From positions 1 through 64,000 of the forward strand of contig JBGAIN010000017.1 in assembly GCA_044225505.1 (NCBI GenBank): DNA of 64,000 nt. Direction: 5' to 3'. Each line of letters begins with the position of its first letter. The stretch's first letter is position 1. The notes under the pieces were generated by a model that was not told the origin of the DNA, ran no database searches, and saw only the letters and a program-made list of their open reading frames with translations. This stretch comes from Limisphaerales bacterium. Lineage in GTDB: Bacteria > Verrucomicrobiota > Verrucomicrobiia > Limisphaerales > SIBE01. The translations under genes and the position numbers were made by a program. Below, piece after piece: positions 50,881 to 61,044 of this stretch.

Positions 50881-51134
50881 TCAGGTCGGTGGGCCGTCAT
50901 CGCACCTTCAGTGGATACGCCCATAGACCGACCGTCTCGCCATGAAGCGTGACCGCGGTCTTGCGCGGTCACGCGTCCCCCCGCCAATCCTACGCGGTGT
51001 GTTTGGGCCCCGAATAAGAAGGCTCCTTGCTGTTCATCAAAGCCTTAGCTCTCTTCGAAACGAGCAGGTGCGGTTCTCGAAGAAGCTCCCATCGATCGGC
51101 TTTCATGCCATACCTCACACGATTGTCGCCGCAC

Positions 51135-51285
51135 GCTTTGCCTCCCAAAGTATTCCTATAAGGTACTGTCTTTAGGAAAGCTTGGGAACTTGGCTTTGTC
51201 GCGCATAAGCGCCAATTTTATGACAAATCTGGATAAATTGAACAAAGCCATGTGGCCAGGGTCAATATACTTTGTAAAGCAAAGT
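51135..51285. promoter_or_regulatory. Pair of CTTTG-N5-CAAAG dyads upstream of the radical SAM gene
   Basis: GCTTTG-CCTCC-CAAAGT (51135-51151) and ACTTTG-TAAAG-CAAAGT (51269-51285). Confidence 0.55.
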
Positions 51286-51340
51286 GCAATCGGCAAAAGC
51301 CAGCCAGCAGCTCCGCTGCTGCCGCCTTGTCACGCCGCGA

Positions 51341-52963
51341 ATGACGATGAGAATCTTATTGATCAACCCGCCACACCCATCCATCGGCAGTCGCATTCCC
51401 AGAGAGCATCTGCCTCCGCTCGGTCTACTTGCGTTGGGTGGCCCGCTGCTTGATGCGGGTCACCACGTTAAGCTGCTGGACGCAGAGTTCGGCCCTCTTT
51501 CGATTGGTGAGATTATCTCAGCGGCCGCGGCTTACGGACCAGACGCAGTCTTGCTCGGCCACTCGGGATCTACTTCCGGCCATCCATCGGCGGTCAGGAT
51601 TGCCGCCGCTGTCCGAATGGCGCTTCCCGCCACGTGGATCGTTTATGGCGGTGTATTCCCCACCTACCACTGGCAGCAGATCATGGGGCAGGAACCGGCG
51701 ATTGACTTTATCGTTCGTGGTGAGGGCGAGGAAACCGTGGTTCGTCTCATGGCTTCTCTTGAAAACAGTCAACCCTTGGAGAAAGTCCCTGGAATTGTGT
51801 TCCGCTCCGGGACTGTTCCCGGGACGAGAAGCTTGCAGGAGAGGGGAGACCTTGAAGGTGATCGTGTCGTTGCGAATCCCCCCGCACCGGTTATCCGCGA
51901 CCTCGACGCATATCGTATTGGATGGGAGCTGATCGATCACGGCCGTTACACTTACTACGGGAAACGCCGGGCGGTAGTGGTCCAATTCTCGCGGGGCTGC
52001 CCTCATCGCTGCCATTACTGCGGTCAGCACGGATTCTGGCGTACTTGGCGGCATCGAGACCCGGTGAGGTTTGCGGCCGAACTGGCCCGTCTCTATCGCG
52101 AACAGGGAGTCGAACTGGTCAACTTCGCTGACGAGAACCCGACGGCGTGTCGTTCAGCCTGGCAGGCTTTCCTCGAAGCGCTCATCTCGGAGAATGTTCC
52201 CTTGATCTTAATTGGCACCACGCGCGCCAGTGATATCGTGCGTGACGCCGACATCCTTCATCTTTACAAACGAGCTGGTGTCGCCCGATTTCTACTTGGG
52301 CTCGAAAGCACCGATGACGCGACGCTTCAAGCGATTCACAAGGGAAGCACGCAGGCCGTGGATCGGGAAGCCATTCGACTGATGAGAAGGCACGGGATCA
52401 TCTCTATGGCTGCTTGGGTGGCAGGGTTCGTGGAAGAAAGCGACGGTGATTATTGGCGGACTCTGCGGCAGCTTCTTTCGTACGATCCGGATCAAATCCA
52501 GGCCCTCTATGCCACGCCCCATAGCTGGACGCCGTTTGCTCGCCAAGAAGCGCAGCATCGTGTCGTTCAAACGGATCTGGGCCGATGGGACTACAAACAC
52601 CAGGTCCTGGAAAGCACACGTGTCCCAAACTGGCGCGTGCTTCTATGGGTAAAGATGATTGAAGCCATATGCCAACTTCGGCCCAAATCAGTCATCCGAC
52701 TCTTGGCCCATCCTGATCGCCTTTTTCGCGCTGGAATGCGCTGGTATTCCAATATCGGTCGACGGGTCTGGACCTATGAAGTGTGGCAATGGCTGTTCTT
52801 CGACCGAAGAACCCGACACGGACCGACGGTTGCGGAATTCCTCGGCGGCCAATGGAAACTGAGCAAACCAGCGGCGCGCGAAAGAACGTTTTCAACCCAT
52901 CAGAAACTTGCTGAATTATGGCCCGGAATCTGCCGCCAACCTGGCTACGGCAATGACAGATAA
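51341..52963 (+). CDS. Cobalamin-dependent radical SAM enzyme (BchE-like family)
   Basis: PPLGL and GG..PT..RGEGE B12-binding domain; SRGCPHRCHYC; ADEN; GLES; likely start 51341 or 51347. Confidence 0.9.
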   Translation: MTMRILLINPPHPSIGSRIPREHLPPLGLLALGGPLLDAGHHVKLLDAEFGPLSIGEIISAAAAYGPDAVLLGHSGSTSGHPSAVRIAAAVRMALPATWIVYGGVFPTYHWQQIMGQEPAIDFIVRGEGEETVVRLMASLENSQPLEKVPGIVFRSGTVPGTRSLQERGDLEGDRVVANPPAPVIRDLDAYRIGWELIDHGRYTYYGKRRAVVVQFSRGCPHRCHYCGQHGFWRTWRHRDPVRFAAELARLYREQGVELVNFADENPTACRSAWQAFLEALISENVPLILIGTTRASDIVRDADILHLYKRAGVARFLLGLESTDDATLQAIHKGSTQAVDREAIRLMRRHGIISMAAWVAGFVEESDGDYWRTLRQLLSYDPDQIQALYATPHSWTPFARQEAQHRVVQTDLGRWDYKHQVLESTRVPNWRVLLWVKMIEAICQLRPKSVIRLLAHPDRLFRAGMRWYSNIGRRVWTYEVWQWLFFDRRTRHGPTVAEFLGGQWKLSKPAARERTFSTHQKLAELWPGICRQPGYGNDR

Positions 52964-53047
52964 ATCCAACAGCTGGATCAGGCGTGCTCAGGTTGGGCTT
53001 TTGGCGCCAGCATTGGTTACGCAGAGAGAGCTGTTACCTGAGCTGCT

Positions 53048-53701
53048 ATGACATTCCTTCGTATCCCTGCGTTTTTCGCGAACTACGTTGCGTGTTGGAT
53101 CGTGCTCTGCCTACTCGCTGCTGCAATCTTGGCGTTGGATCGAAAGCGTCTCCGTCCAGAATGGTGCCAATACGTGCGGTTCCTTTGCGTGCCATGGAAA
53201 TTGGTTCTGTTTGCGCCAGCATTTCTGTTTGTGACTTTTGCCGGGCGTTTTACGGACGATGAAACTTGGGACATCGTCACAGGATCGGGCATGGCGCTTT
53301 TGACTTACCTGACGGCGCCATGGTCTCTTGGACTGGTTTTCCAGGTCTTAGCGGGCCGACGGCCATGGCGCTATTTACTGGTTGCAGCGGCACTTCTACT
53401 GTTCTCCAGCAGTTGGTTCTATGATGGCTATCTCCTCTGGCGGGACGGAGCCTATACTCCGAGGTGGTCGAGCAACCTGATGCTGTCGCCCATTATCTAT
53501 CTGGCGGCTGGACTGCTATGGAACCTCGAAGCTAAGGGCCGCCGCGGATTCCGGTTCTCCTTCGTGAGACCGGACTGGCCCAAACCTCCCAGCGACACGA
53601 GGTTCCTGCCGCTCGTTCTCGTTTCGATTCCATTGATCCTGATTGCCGCGTTTGTGCTCGTAGGTTTTGTTGGCTGGAAGATTCATTTCCTGAAACCATG
53701 A
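53048..53701 (+). CDS. Hypothetical polytopic membrane protein
   Basis: 217-aa ORF with about six TM helices; DETWD and SSWFYDGY segments. Confidence 0.75.
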   Translation: MTFLRIPAFFANYVACWIVLCLLAAAILALDRKRLRPEWCQYVRFLCVPWKLVLFAPAFLFVTFAGRFTDDETWDIVTGSGMALLTYLTAPWSLGLVFQVLAGRRPWRYLLVAAALLLFSSSWFYDGYLLWRDGAYTPRWSSNLMLSPIIYLAAGLLWNLEAKGRRGFRFSFVRPDWPKPPSDTRFLPLVLVSIPLILIAAFVLVGFVGWKIHFLKP

Positions 53702-53773
53702 GCGTGCCCAAGTAAGGAGCCAAAGAGATAGTCTGGACCGGCAACACCTCCGTGCACGGAACTTAGGGACGTT

Positions 53774-54718
53774 TTATTGCTGACGTGAGACAGGCTGGTC
53801 CCTGGGGACAGCCCGATGCCGTTTCAAGAAGTCCAAATCCTTGCCGGACAGCCCATCTTTGAGCTGGCGAACATAGGCATGCCAGTCCTCTTGGACTTTC
53901 TCGACCGAGCCAAAGCACTGCTCAAAAGAGTCCAAGTCTCCTCCGCGTTCCACCAAAGCCAACGCGTGGCTCAGATATTTCGGGTTCTCGAATAAAAAGT
54001 AGGTGAGTGTCCACCAGTGCAGGTAGTACAGATTGAACTCGCGGCTCATGCTCGGGCCGCCCCGGTTCGCCACGATCGCTCGCAGCGGGATAACGCTGCC
54101 GTTTCGAATGTTTTCCTTCGGGTCCGCTGAAGTCGCCAGTTCGTCAATCCACCACACAGGGTAGGTGTCTCTGTCGATGCACCCAAGCTCGAGCCTTTCG
54201 GCTTTAATGTGGCTTGTTGAGAAATACTCCGCGATCCCTTCTGAAAGCCACTTGGCCAGGTTCAGGTGTGCCACTTCCTGGTTCAGTTGGTGAACGGCTT
54301 CGTGCAGCATCCAGTGGTACGGGTTTATCTCTTGCTGAGAAAAGTAGGCGCGGCAGTACGGCTTGCGATAAAACGCTTCGGCCCACCCAAGTCCAGGATT
54401 GATATTCCGAAACTCCTCGCGGTCTTTGAACAGCTTCACCATGAGCTTCGGATGATTGGCGGTAAAGCTCGGTAAACTGGAAAAACGGTTGGAGTAAGCC
54501 AAATAGAGAAACTCGAGTTTCTCAGCCGTGTCCTGAGTCTGCTCCTGAGTGGCGGTCGAATAAACTGTGAAGTGAGCTGTCGACAGGGTGCAGGTGGGAG
54601 TCCAAGGCCGTGGGACATATCTCCAAGCGGCGATTACGAGCAACACCAGCAAGTAAATCGACAAGCGGCCTTGCCGCGTGTTGGTCTTCCATGCGATCCG
54701 GGGCGGAATAAAGTGCAT
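53774..54718 (-). CDS. Gluzincin-type metallopeptidase-like protein (DUF1570/MA clan)
   Basis: HEAVHQ..WLSEGIAEYF; N-terminal anchor. Confidence 0.75.
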   Translation of the reverse strand: MHFIPPRIAWKTNTRQGRLSIYLLVLLVIAAWRYVPRPWTPTCTLSTAHFTVYSTATQEQTQDTAEKLEFLYLAYSNRFSSLPSFTANHPKLMVKLFKDREEFRNINPGLGWAEAFYRKPYCRAYFSQQEINPYHWMLHEAVHQLNQEVAHLNLAKWLSEGIAEYFSTSHIKAERLELGCIDRDTYPVWWIDELATSADPKENIRNGSVIPLRAIVANRGGPSMSREFNLYYLHWWTLTYFLFENPKYLSHALALVERGGDLDSFEQCFGSVEKVQEDWHAYVRQLKDGLSGKDLDFLKRHRAVPRDQPVSRQQ

Positions 54719-54764
54719 ACTTTCAAGCCGCCGTTTGCGGTGGAACAGGGCTCCGTCTCAGGGC

Positions 54765-55925
54765 TTATGGTGTGATGAATTGAGGAAGAGCATGTCCCAC
54801 GGCTGGTTCGTCAGCCTTTGTTGAATTCGTTTCGAAAATCACCGGCACCGGCCCTCGGCCGTGCCAGAGCAGAGCTACCTTACGACTCTCCGGATCAATG
54901 GCGCATATCTGATCATGACCAAGTTGAAATAGAACCTTGTCCGTCGGCAGGTGGACCGCATTACGTACCGTCCATGATCCAAACGGCGTTTCGTAGGAAA
55001 ACTTCACTTGCTCTCGCGTGGATTTGCGTGACGCGCGAAGTCCCTCCATCGACCAAAAGCCCGCCCAGAAACTCCAATCACTATTAGTAGCGCACCCGAG
55101 GGTCTGCACCCTACCGAAATTGAACCACGTTCCTTCAGGGTTGCTTCGCCGATCGGGTGCCGTTACGACGCTCAGATTCGTCAGAACTTCAATAAACCTG
55201 ACATCTGGGCGCTCGCTGGCGTCGAGCCGAGCGACCAGGTCCCAATGGTTGGTGTCGAGAACATTGGCGTGGATGAAGAGTCGGTCGTTGTGGCCTTTGG
55301 AGTCGAGATTGCGGACCTTTTGCCCTGATCCACCACTTAATGGACGTTTCCACACGCACCCATCTCCAGGCGCGATGAAATAAACGAGAACGGATTCCGG
55401 CAAGGAGAGGTCCGCTGGGGCCACGACCTTCATTTGGGTGTAAAGCGATGTGCCGCTGGCTAACCAATACCATCCGAACAGCAACACGTAGGACGCGCTT
55501 TGGACGAAGAACGATCCCCTCAAGCTCTGCCAAAACCAATTCTCATTCCGACGCAAGCACCAGGCGACAAATGGCCATTCAAAGAAAAGAGTCATCACGT
55601 AGGTGACAAGCACCAGTATCCAAAACCACATCCAACCATTGTTTAGGTCCAGCGGAAGCTTATCGACCGCCACACCACAAACCAGGAATCCCCCGATCCA
55701 AGCAGACAAGTAGTTCGCCAGGATCATCGCGGTACTCGTCTTGGTCTTGGGCAAGGAAAACAGTCGAGAAAGCAGCAACCCTTCGCCAACTCCGATCAGC
55801 CAATTCCCAAATACCAAGTGGAGCATCCCAGCCCACATCAGAGGGGTTCCTGCGTTGGCCCAAGCGTCCAGCGGAAACGTGACGAGGGCCAGGAGTGAGA
55901 TGGCAAGCCAAGAGTGTCGCTTCAT
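54765..55925 (-). CDS. Hypothetical membrane protein with soluble C-terminal domain
   Basis: Signal peptide ..AWA-NAGTPL, four TM helices; ATG at 55925. Confidence 0.7.
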   Translation of the reverse strand: MKRHSWLAISLLALVTFPLDAWANAGTPLMWAGMLHLVFGNWLIGVGEGLLLSRLFSLPKTKTSTAMILANYLSAWIGGFLVCGVAVDKLPLDLNNGWMWFWILVLVTYVMTLFFEWPFVAWCLRRNENWFWQSLRGSFFVQSASYVLLFGWYWLASGTSLYTQMKVVAPADLSLPESVLVYFIAPGDGCVWKRPLSGGSGQKVRNLDSKGHNDRLFIHANVLDTNHWDLVARLDASERPDVRFIEVLTNLSVVTAPDRRSNPEGTWFNFGRVQTLGCATNSDWSFWAGFWSMEGLRASRKSTREQVKFSYETPFGSWTVRNAVHLPTDKVLFQLGHDQICAIDPESRKVALLWHGRGPVPVIFETNSTKADEPAVGHALPQFITP

Positions 55926-56047
55926 GTGGCGACAACGTTTACTACCAGCCAGCTGTAGGCAGGTCGCCGATCGCGCGTTCAAGGCAGTTCGTGGCGAAGT
56001 GCCAAGCGAGCTTGGTTTCGCTGCTTTCCTCTTGGTGACGGCATTGA

Positions 56048-57049
56048 TCATTGCAATGCAAATTCAACAATCAAAGGATAATGATCCGAACCGACGTTTG
56101 GCCCAACCCTCTTGCTCGTTACGTGAATTCCGGAGCCGTAAAGGCAATGATCGATTGGGATTAGGAGGAGCTGCATGAAGGTGGGCCAGGTCGGTTGGAA
56201 GCCGTGGCCTTTGGAACTGTCCCTCAGCCCGGACTCATGGACTAAGCGGCGAAACGCGTAAGACCACGGCGTGGCATTTAGGTCGCCCAGCAAGAGAACC
56301 GGGGACTCTGCTTTGGTCACGACGTCTGCCAGGAGGTGGAGTTGCTCATCCCGTAGCCGTGAATTCTCCGCACTCACAGGTGGCAATGGGTGTGTGCCAA
56401 TGACGGTAAATCGACCTCCCTGGGACTGAATCTCCGCGACCACCGACGGAACCTCGGAGTCACCGATATAATGAATCGCGCTGGTGATCAGCGGGTATTT
56501 GCTGAACAGGCCTATGCCGAAATTGTCTTCGCGAGATATTGCTTTCGAGTGAAGATAGGGTGTCAACGCTGGGGAAAGCTCAGATAACCACCTGTCGCTG
56601 ATTTCCTCCAGCAGGACGATGTCTGGATTAAACTGCTGGATCGCTTTGGCGACTTTGTCAGGTTGCCCTGCTTCCGTGTTCACGTTAACCAGCATCGCTC
56701 GAAGCGAAGGCGGGTGGGCCGCTGACGCAGGTGCCGACCCAAAATAAAACGGCACGATCGTGCAAAGGTTGACAATCGCGCAAAGCCCGAAGATGGCGGA
56801 TGCCCTCAACTCACGGTGGATCAATATTAATCCGGCAACGAGGCTGAGCGTAACGAAGAGTTGGACTCGGAAATGAGAGAACAGGTCAAAGAACCAAGCG
56901 AATTGGCCGAGGAACCCCAGACCCGTAGCCCCGGTTGCGATCACGCCACAAGCGGTTATAAGTCCCCAGACGCTCATGCGAAGTCTCCAAATTTTGCGTA
57001 ACTTCCCGTTGCTGGCACTCACCGATTCAGATTCGCGAGACCGATTCAT
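56048..57049 (-). CDS. Endonuclease/exonuclease/phosphatase family membrane protein
   Basis: DLFSHFR, DIVLLEE, GDLNATPWS, PIDH, GSDHYP; start uncertain. Confidence 0.88.
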   Translation of the reverse strand: MNRSRESESVSASNGKLRKIWRLRMSVWGLITACGVIATGATGLGFLGQFAWFFDLFSHFRVQLFVTLSLVAGLILIHRELRASAIFGLCAIVNLCTIVPFYFGSAPASAAHPPSLRAMLVNVNTEAGQPDKVAKAIQQFNPDIVLLEEISDRWLSELSPALTPYLHSKAISREDNFGIGLFSKYPLITSAIHYIGDSEVPSVVAEIQSQGGRFTVIGTHPLPPVSAENSRLRDEQLHLLADVVTKAESPVLLLGDLNATPWSYAFRRLVHESGLRDSSKGHGFQPTWPTFMQLLLIPIDHCLYGSGIHVTSKRVGPNVGSDHYPLIVEFALQ

Positions 57050-57171
57050 TGACCATTCCCTCCTGACGTCGGGCAGACTAAGCGGCGATCTTGACAGGAG
57101 CTCTCCCGCCAGGTTGTCAAACACCAGCCTGGCGCGGTCGTTTCGTTAGTCCAGACTCGGCGTCTGTCCCG

Positions 57172-57495
57172 TCAGCCGCCGTTGATCCATCGCCTGAGAA
57201 TACGAGACGTGAGGATGACAGCACGCACGATCAACCAGACGATTACCCCGTAAATACCCAGGGCCACGATCAGTATGCCCAAAACCGAATACCAAAAGGC
57301 CGGGAATTTCCATTCCTGGAAGGCCAGCCCGTAGGCTGTGGCGAGAACGGCTAGAAAGGCGGTGCCGCTAACGAGGAACCGGAAATTTGCTTCCTGCCAC
57401 CTCGGATCTTCTTCCCACATAAAAACACATTTACCGTCGCGCAGCTCTAGCAGGTTAGACTGCGCTGTCAGCCTGTCGTTTTGAAATCGATTCAA
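57172..57495 (-). CDS. Small two-TM hypothetical protein
   Basis: Two hydrophobic helices; probable start at internal MWEEDP. Confidence 0.5.
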   Translation of the reverse strand: MNRFQNDRLTAQSNLLELRDGKCVFMWEEDPRWQEANFRFLVSGTAFLAVLATAYGLAFQEWKFPAFWYSVLGILIVALGIYGVIVWLIVRAVILTSRILRRWINGG

Positions 57496-57729
57496 GCGTC
57501 ACTGAGAAATGTTCGTTGGCCGAGGGGAGGTCCAGAAGAGCGAGCGAGACAAGGCTCGCGCTTCAGTATTCGGGTTGCCAACATCGAAATCTATGGGCGC
57601 GGCCCGCGACAATTTTGTCAAATACTCCCGGACGCCTTAGTTTTGGCTCGAATGGAATCGACGATGACAAGCACCGTGGTTCAGAGGAATCCATTCATTC
57701 GCGTGGAGCCATGGCGTTCATCGCGATAA

Positions 57730-58752
<1,023 letters not shown>

Positions 58753-58764
58753 TCCTTATTGATC

Positions 58765-59271
58765 ATGAAGAACACCCTTATCATCGGGCTGGTGTCCTGC
58801 GCCGCCGCCGTCTTCCTGCACGGGCAGAATCCAGAGCCGCTGCAGAACCAGCTTGTAGGCACCTGGCGCTTCGTTTCCTCGACCCAGCGCCTGGCCGACG
58901 GAACGACTCGGCCGGACCCACAAACCGGGCCCAAAGGGATCGGATATCTTGTTTACACCAAAACCGGCCAAGTGTGCGTCGTGGTCGGCAATTCCGAGCG
59001 TCCGCACTGGCAATCACCGCAAGCGCCGGCGGACGCTGAAGTGCGGCAGGCTTTCGATGGACTCACGGCTTATGCCGGAGCATTCCAAGTCAACGAGACA
59101 GAACGCTCCGTGATTCACCACATCGAGATCGACCGCGTGCCCAATAGCGTTGGGGCTGAGCGGAAACGGTTCTGTTCGGTTAACGGGAATCGCCTGACCC
59201 TGAGGGCCGCTCCGCCCTTGCCCGCCGGCGTGCAGGAATGGACGATCCTATGGGAGCGAGTGGAGAATTAG
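58765..59271 (+). CDS. Lipocalin-like domain secreted protein
   Basis: LVGTWRFVS, AYAG.F, WER. Confidence 0.8.
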   Translation: MKNTLIIGLVSCAAAVFLHGQNPEPLQNQLVGTWRFVSSTQRLADGTTRPDPQTGPKGIGYLVYTKTGQVCVVVGNSERPHWQSPQAPADAEVRQAFDGLTAYAGAFQVNETERSVIHHIEIDRVPNSVGAERKRFCSVNGNRLTLRAAPPLPAGVQEWTILWERVEN

Positions 59272-59344
59272 TTTGGGAGTTTAGAGTTTTACGAACTGTG
59301 CGTTTCGAGCGTCACCATTCGCAAACTCCCAAACCCGAAAACTC

Positions 59345-59787
59345 CTAGACTGAGCGGTCTTTCAGATGCGCGCCGAGAAAACGCATTAATGTTTCAAAGG
59401 ATAGCTCGTAATACAGCCCGAGGTTGTGCTCCAGGTTGGGGTGGGGATCACGACGCTATGCTCCACTCCAGCCGCCGCGAAGGTTTTCACCAGAACCTGG
59501 AAAGCCTTCGGTGAATCTTTTTCTCCGTTGATCAGGAGAAAGTAAATGACCGGATATTTCCGCGTTGGGTCATAGTTTGCGGGCTTCCACACAACGTAAC
59601 CGACGTCCCAACCCAGAGCAGCGCTATGTAGCACTTGATGCTCTAGCCCAGGCCCGGCCGGCAACTGCGGATTGACCCATTGCACTCCAGCGGAAGCTTG
59701 GTTTTCTGCCGCGATCGAGTCGGGCGTGGCGCCCAGCCAGGCGGCTGCAATGAAGAGAAGAACACTTCGGACTGAGTTGCTTTTTAT
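59345..59787 (-). pseudogene. Esterase (alpha/beta hydrolase) remnant lacking its catalytic core
   Basis: KYPVIYFL joined directly to LINGEKD; no GxSxG; frameshift before HPNLEHNLG; no ATG before the signal peptide. Confidence 0.7.
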
Positions 59788-59822
59788 ATCAGGTGTTAAG
59801 TCGAGGAACAGTTAACGGCGAT

Positions 59823-60446
59823 CTAACGACCTTGCGCAACGGGACGAGCTTGCTTGCTTGACTCGAGTTGAGGTCGGTAATGGCCGATGATCTCGTACTG
59901 TAAAAGGATATCTTCCTCCTGCACGCCTTGCCCAATGTTGTGGATGACAAGCGGTGTCCCCTTCGTCGACTTCCGATCGGAAACGATGCCAATGTGCGTC
60001 ACCCCTCCGCCGAGATCCCACGCGACCACATCGCCGGCTCGGAAGTGCGACGCGGTTGTGGATTGGGAAACAGTCCAGCCTTTCCGCTTAAAGTACGTCA
60101 TGAGGTTTGGAACGCGCCGGTGATCAATGTTGGGGTCCGGGCGCTTGAGCCCCCATTTGCGCGGGTATTGATCGAATGCGGCCTTCATGTCTTCATGCAC
60201 CTCCTTCTGAAGATCCAGGTTTAAGCCTCGGAAGGCTCGGACCACGACATCGGAACAAACTCCGGTTTCTTTTGAAACATCGCCACCGGGGTAGGCCATT
60301 TTGCGGTAGGCTGGATCGTAGGAGGTGGTTACTCCGATTTGCTCGCGGGCGCGCTCGACCAACGGGACGCCAGCCCGGCTGGCAATTGGATCGATCGCGA
60401 CGAAAAAACCAGCCAGCACCAGGACCTGAACAAGTCGAGCACGCAC
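59823..60446 (-). CDS. DUF1287 (YijF-like) exported protein
   Basis: YDPAY..YPGGDV..GVCSDVVVRA, NIDHRRVPNL, HIGIVS, HNIG. Confidence 0.92.
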   Translation of the reverse strand: MRARLVQVLVLAGFFVAIDPIASRAGVPLVERAREQIGVTTSYDPAYRKMAYPGGDVSKETGVCSDVVVRAFRGLNLDLQKEVHEDMKAAFDQYPRKWGLKRPDPNIDHRRVPNLMTYFKRKGWTVSQSTTASHFRAGDVVAWDLGGGVTHIGIVSDRKSTKGTPLVIHNIGQGVQEEDILLQYEIIGHYRPQLESSKQARPVAQGR

Positions 60447-61044
60447 ATGCTCTTTCTAACGGCACTCCGCCAAATTGTCTGCACTTTACCGGCAGCATCC
60501 GCGAGCAAGTTCAAACCAACCGAATTCCAGCGTCGATTACTCCGGAGCAAAGCCGTTTTAGCAATACGGATGGAAGGATGGACCTGGGACTGGTAATCCA
60601 GTTACTGACAAATTGTCAACGGAGTGTGAGACATTTGACCGACGCGCAACGATGATTCGTTCGGCCAGCGCGCTCGTTTACGCCAGTGATTCATGCAAAC
60701 GCGGACTTGCAGTCCGCAGGAACGGACGCACGGAGGGCAAGCTGCGGATGATTCCAGGCACTCTCCGGCCAATCGAGGCTTCTGGCGGAATAAATTCTAA
60801 TGCCATTCGGTAATCCTATTCAGTCCCGGAAGGGACAGAATGAGAGAAGCCCGGTCGCTTTAGCGCCGGGTGCTCAAGTGAGAGGGCCCAAGCCCCGGAG
60901 GGGCGGCTGAGTGCGGCGAGAAAGGGCGTTTGGGTTCTACGACCTTGTGATCCGCTTAATCTCCGGTTCTTCCGTTCAATGCCACGTCCTCGGCCGTCCC
61001 GTCGGGACTTGGAATCGCGCCCATTCAACCTCGGCGTTAAAACG

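Noticed and set aside
50942..51340. Cobalamin riboswitch or RiPP precursor upstream of the radical SAM gene
   Set aside because: No B12-box recognised and no credible short ORF with an RBS; only a hairpin (50947-50974) and the dyads.
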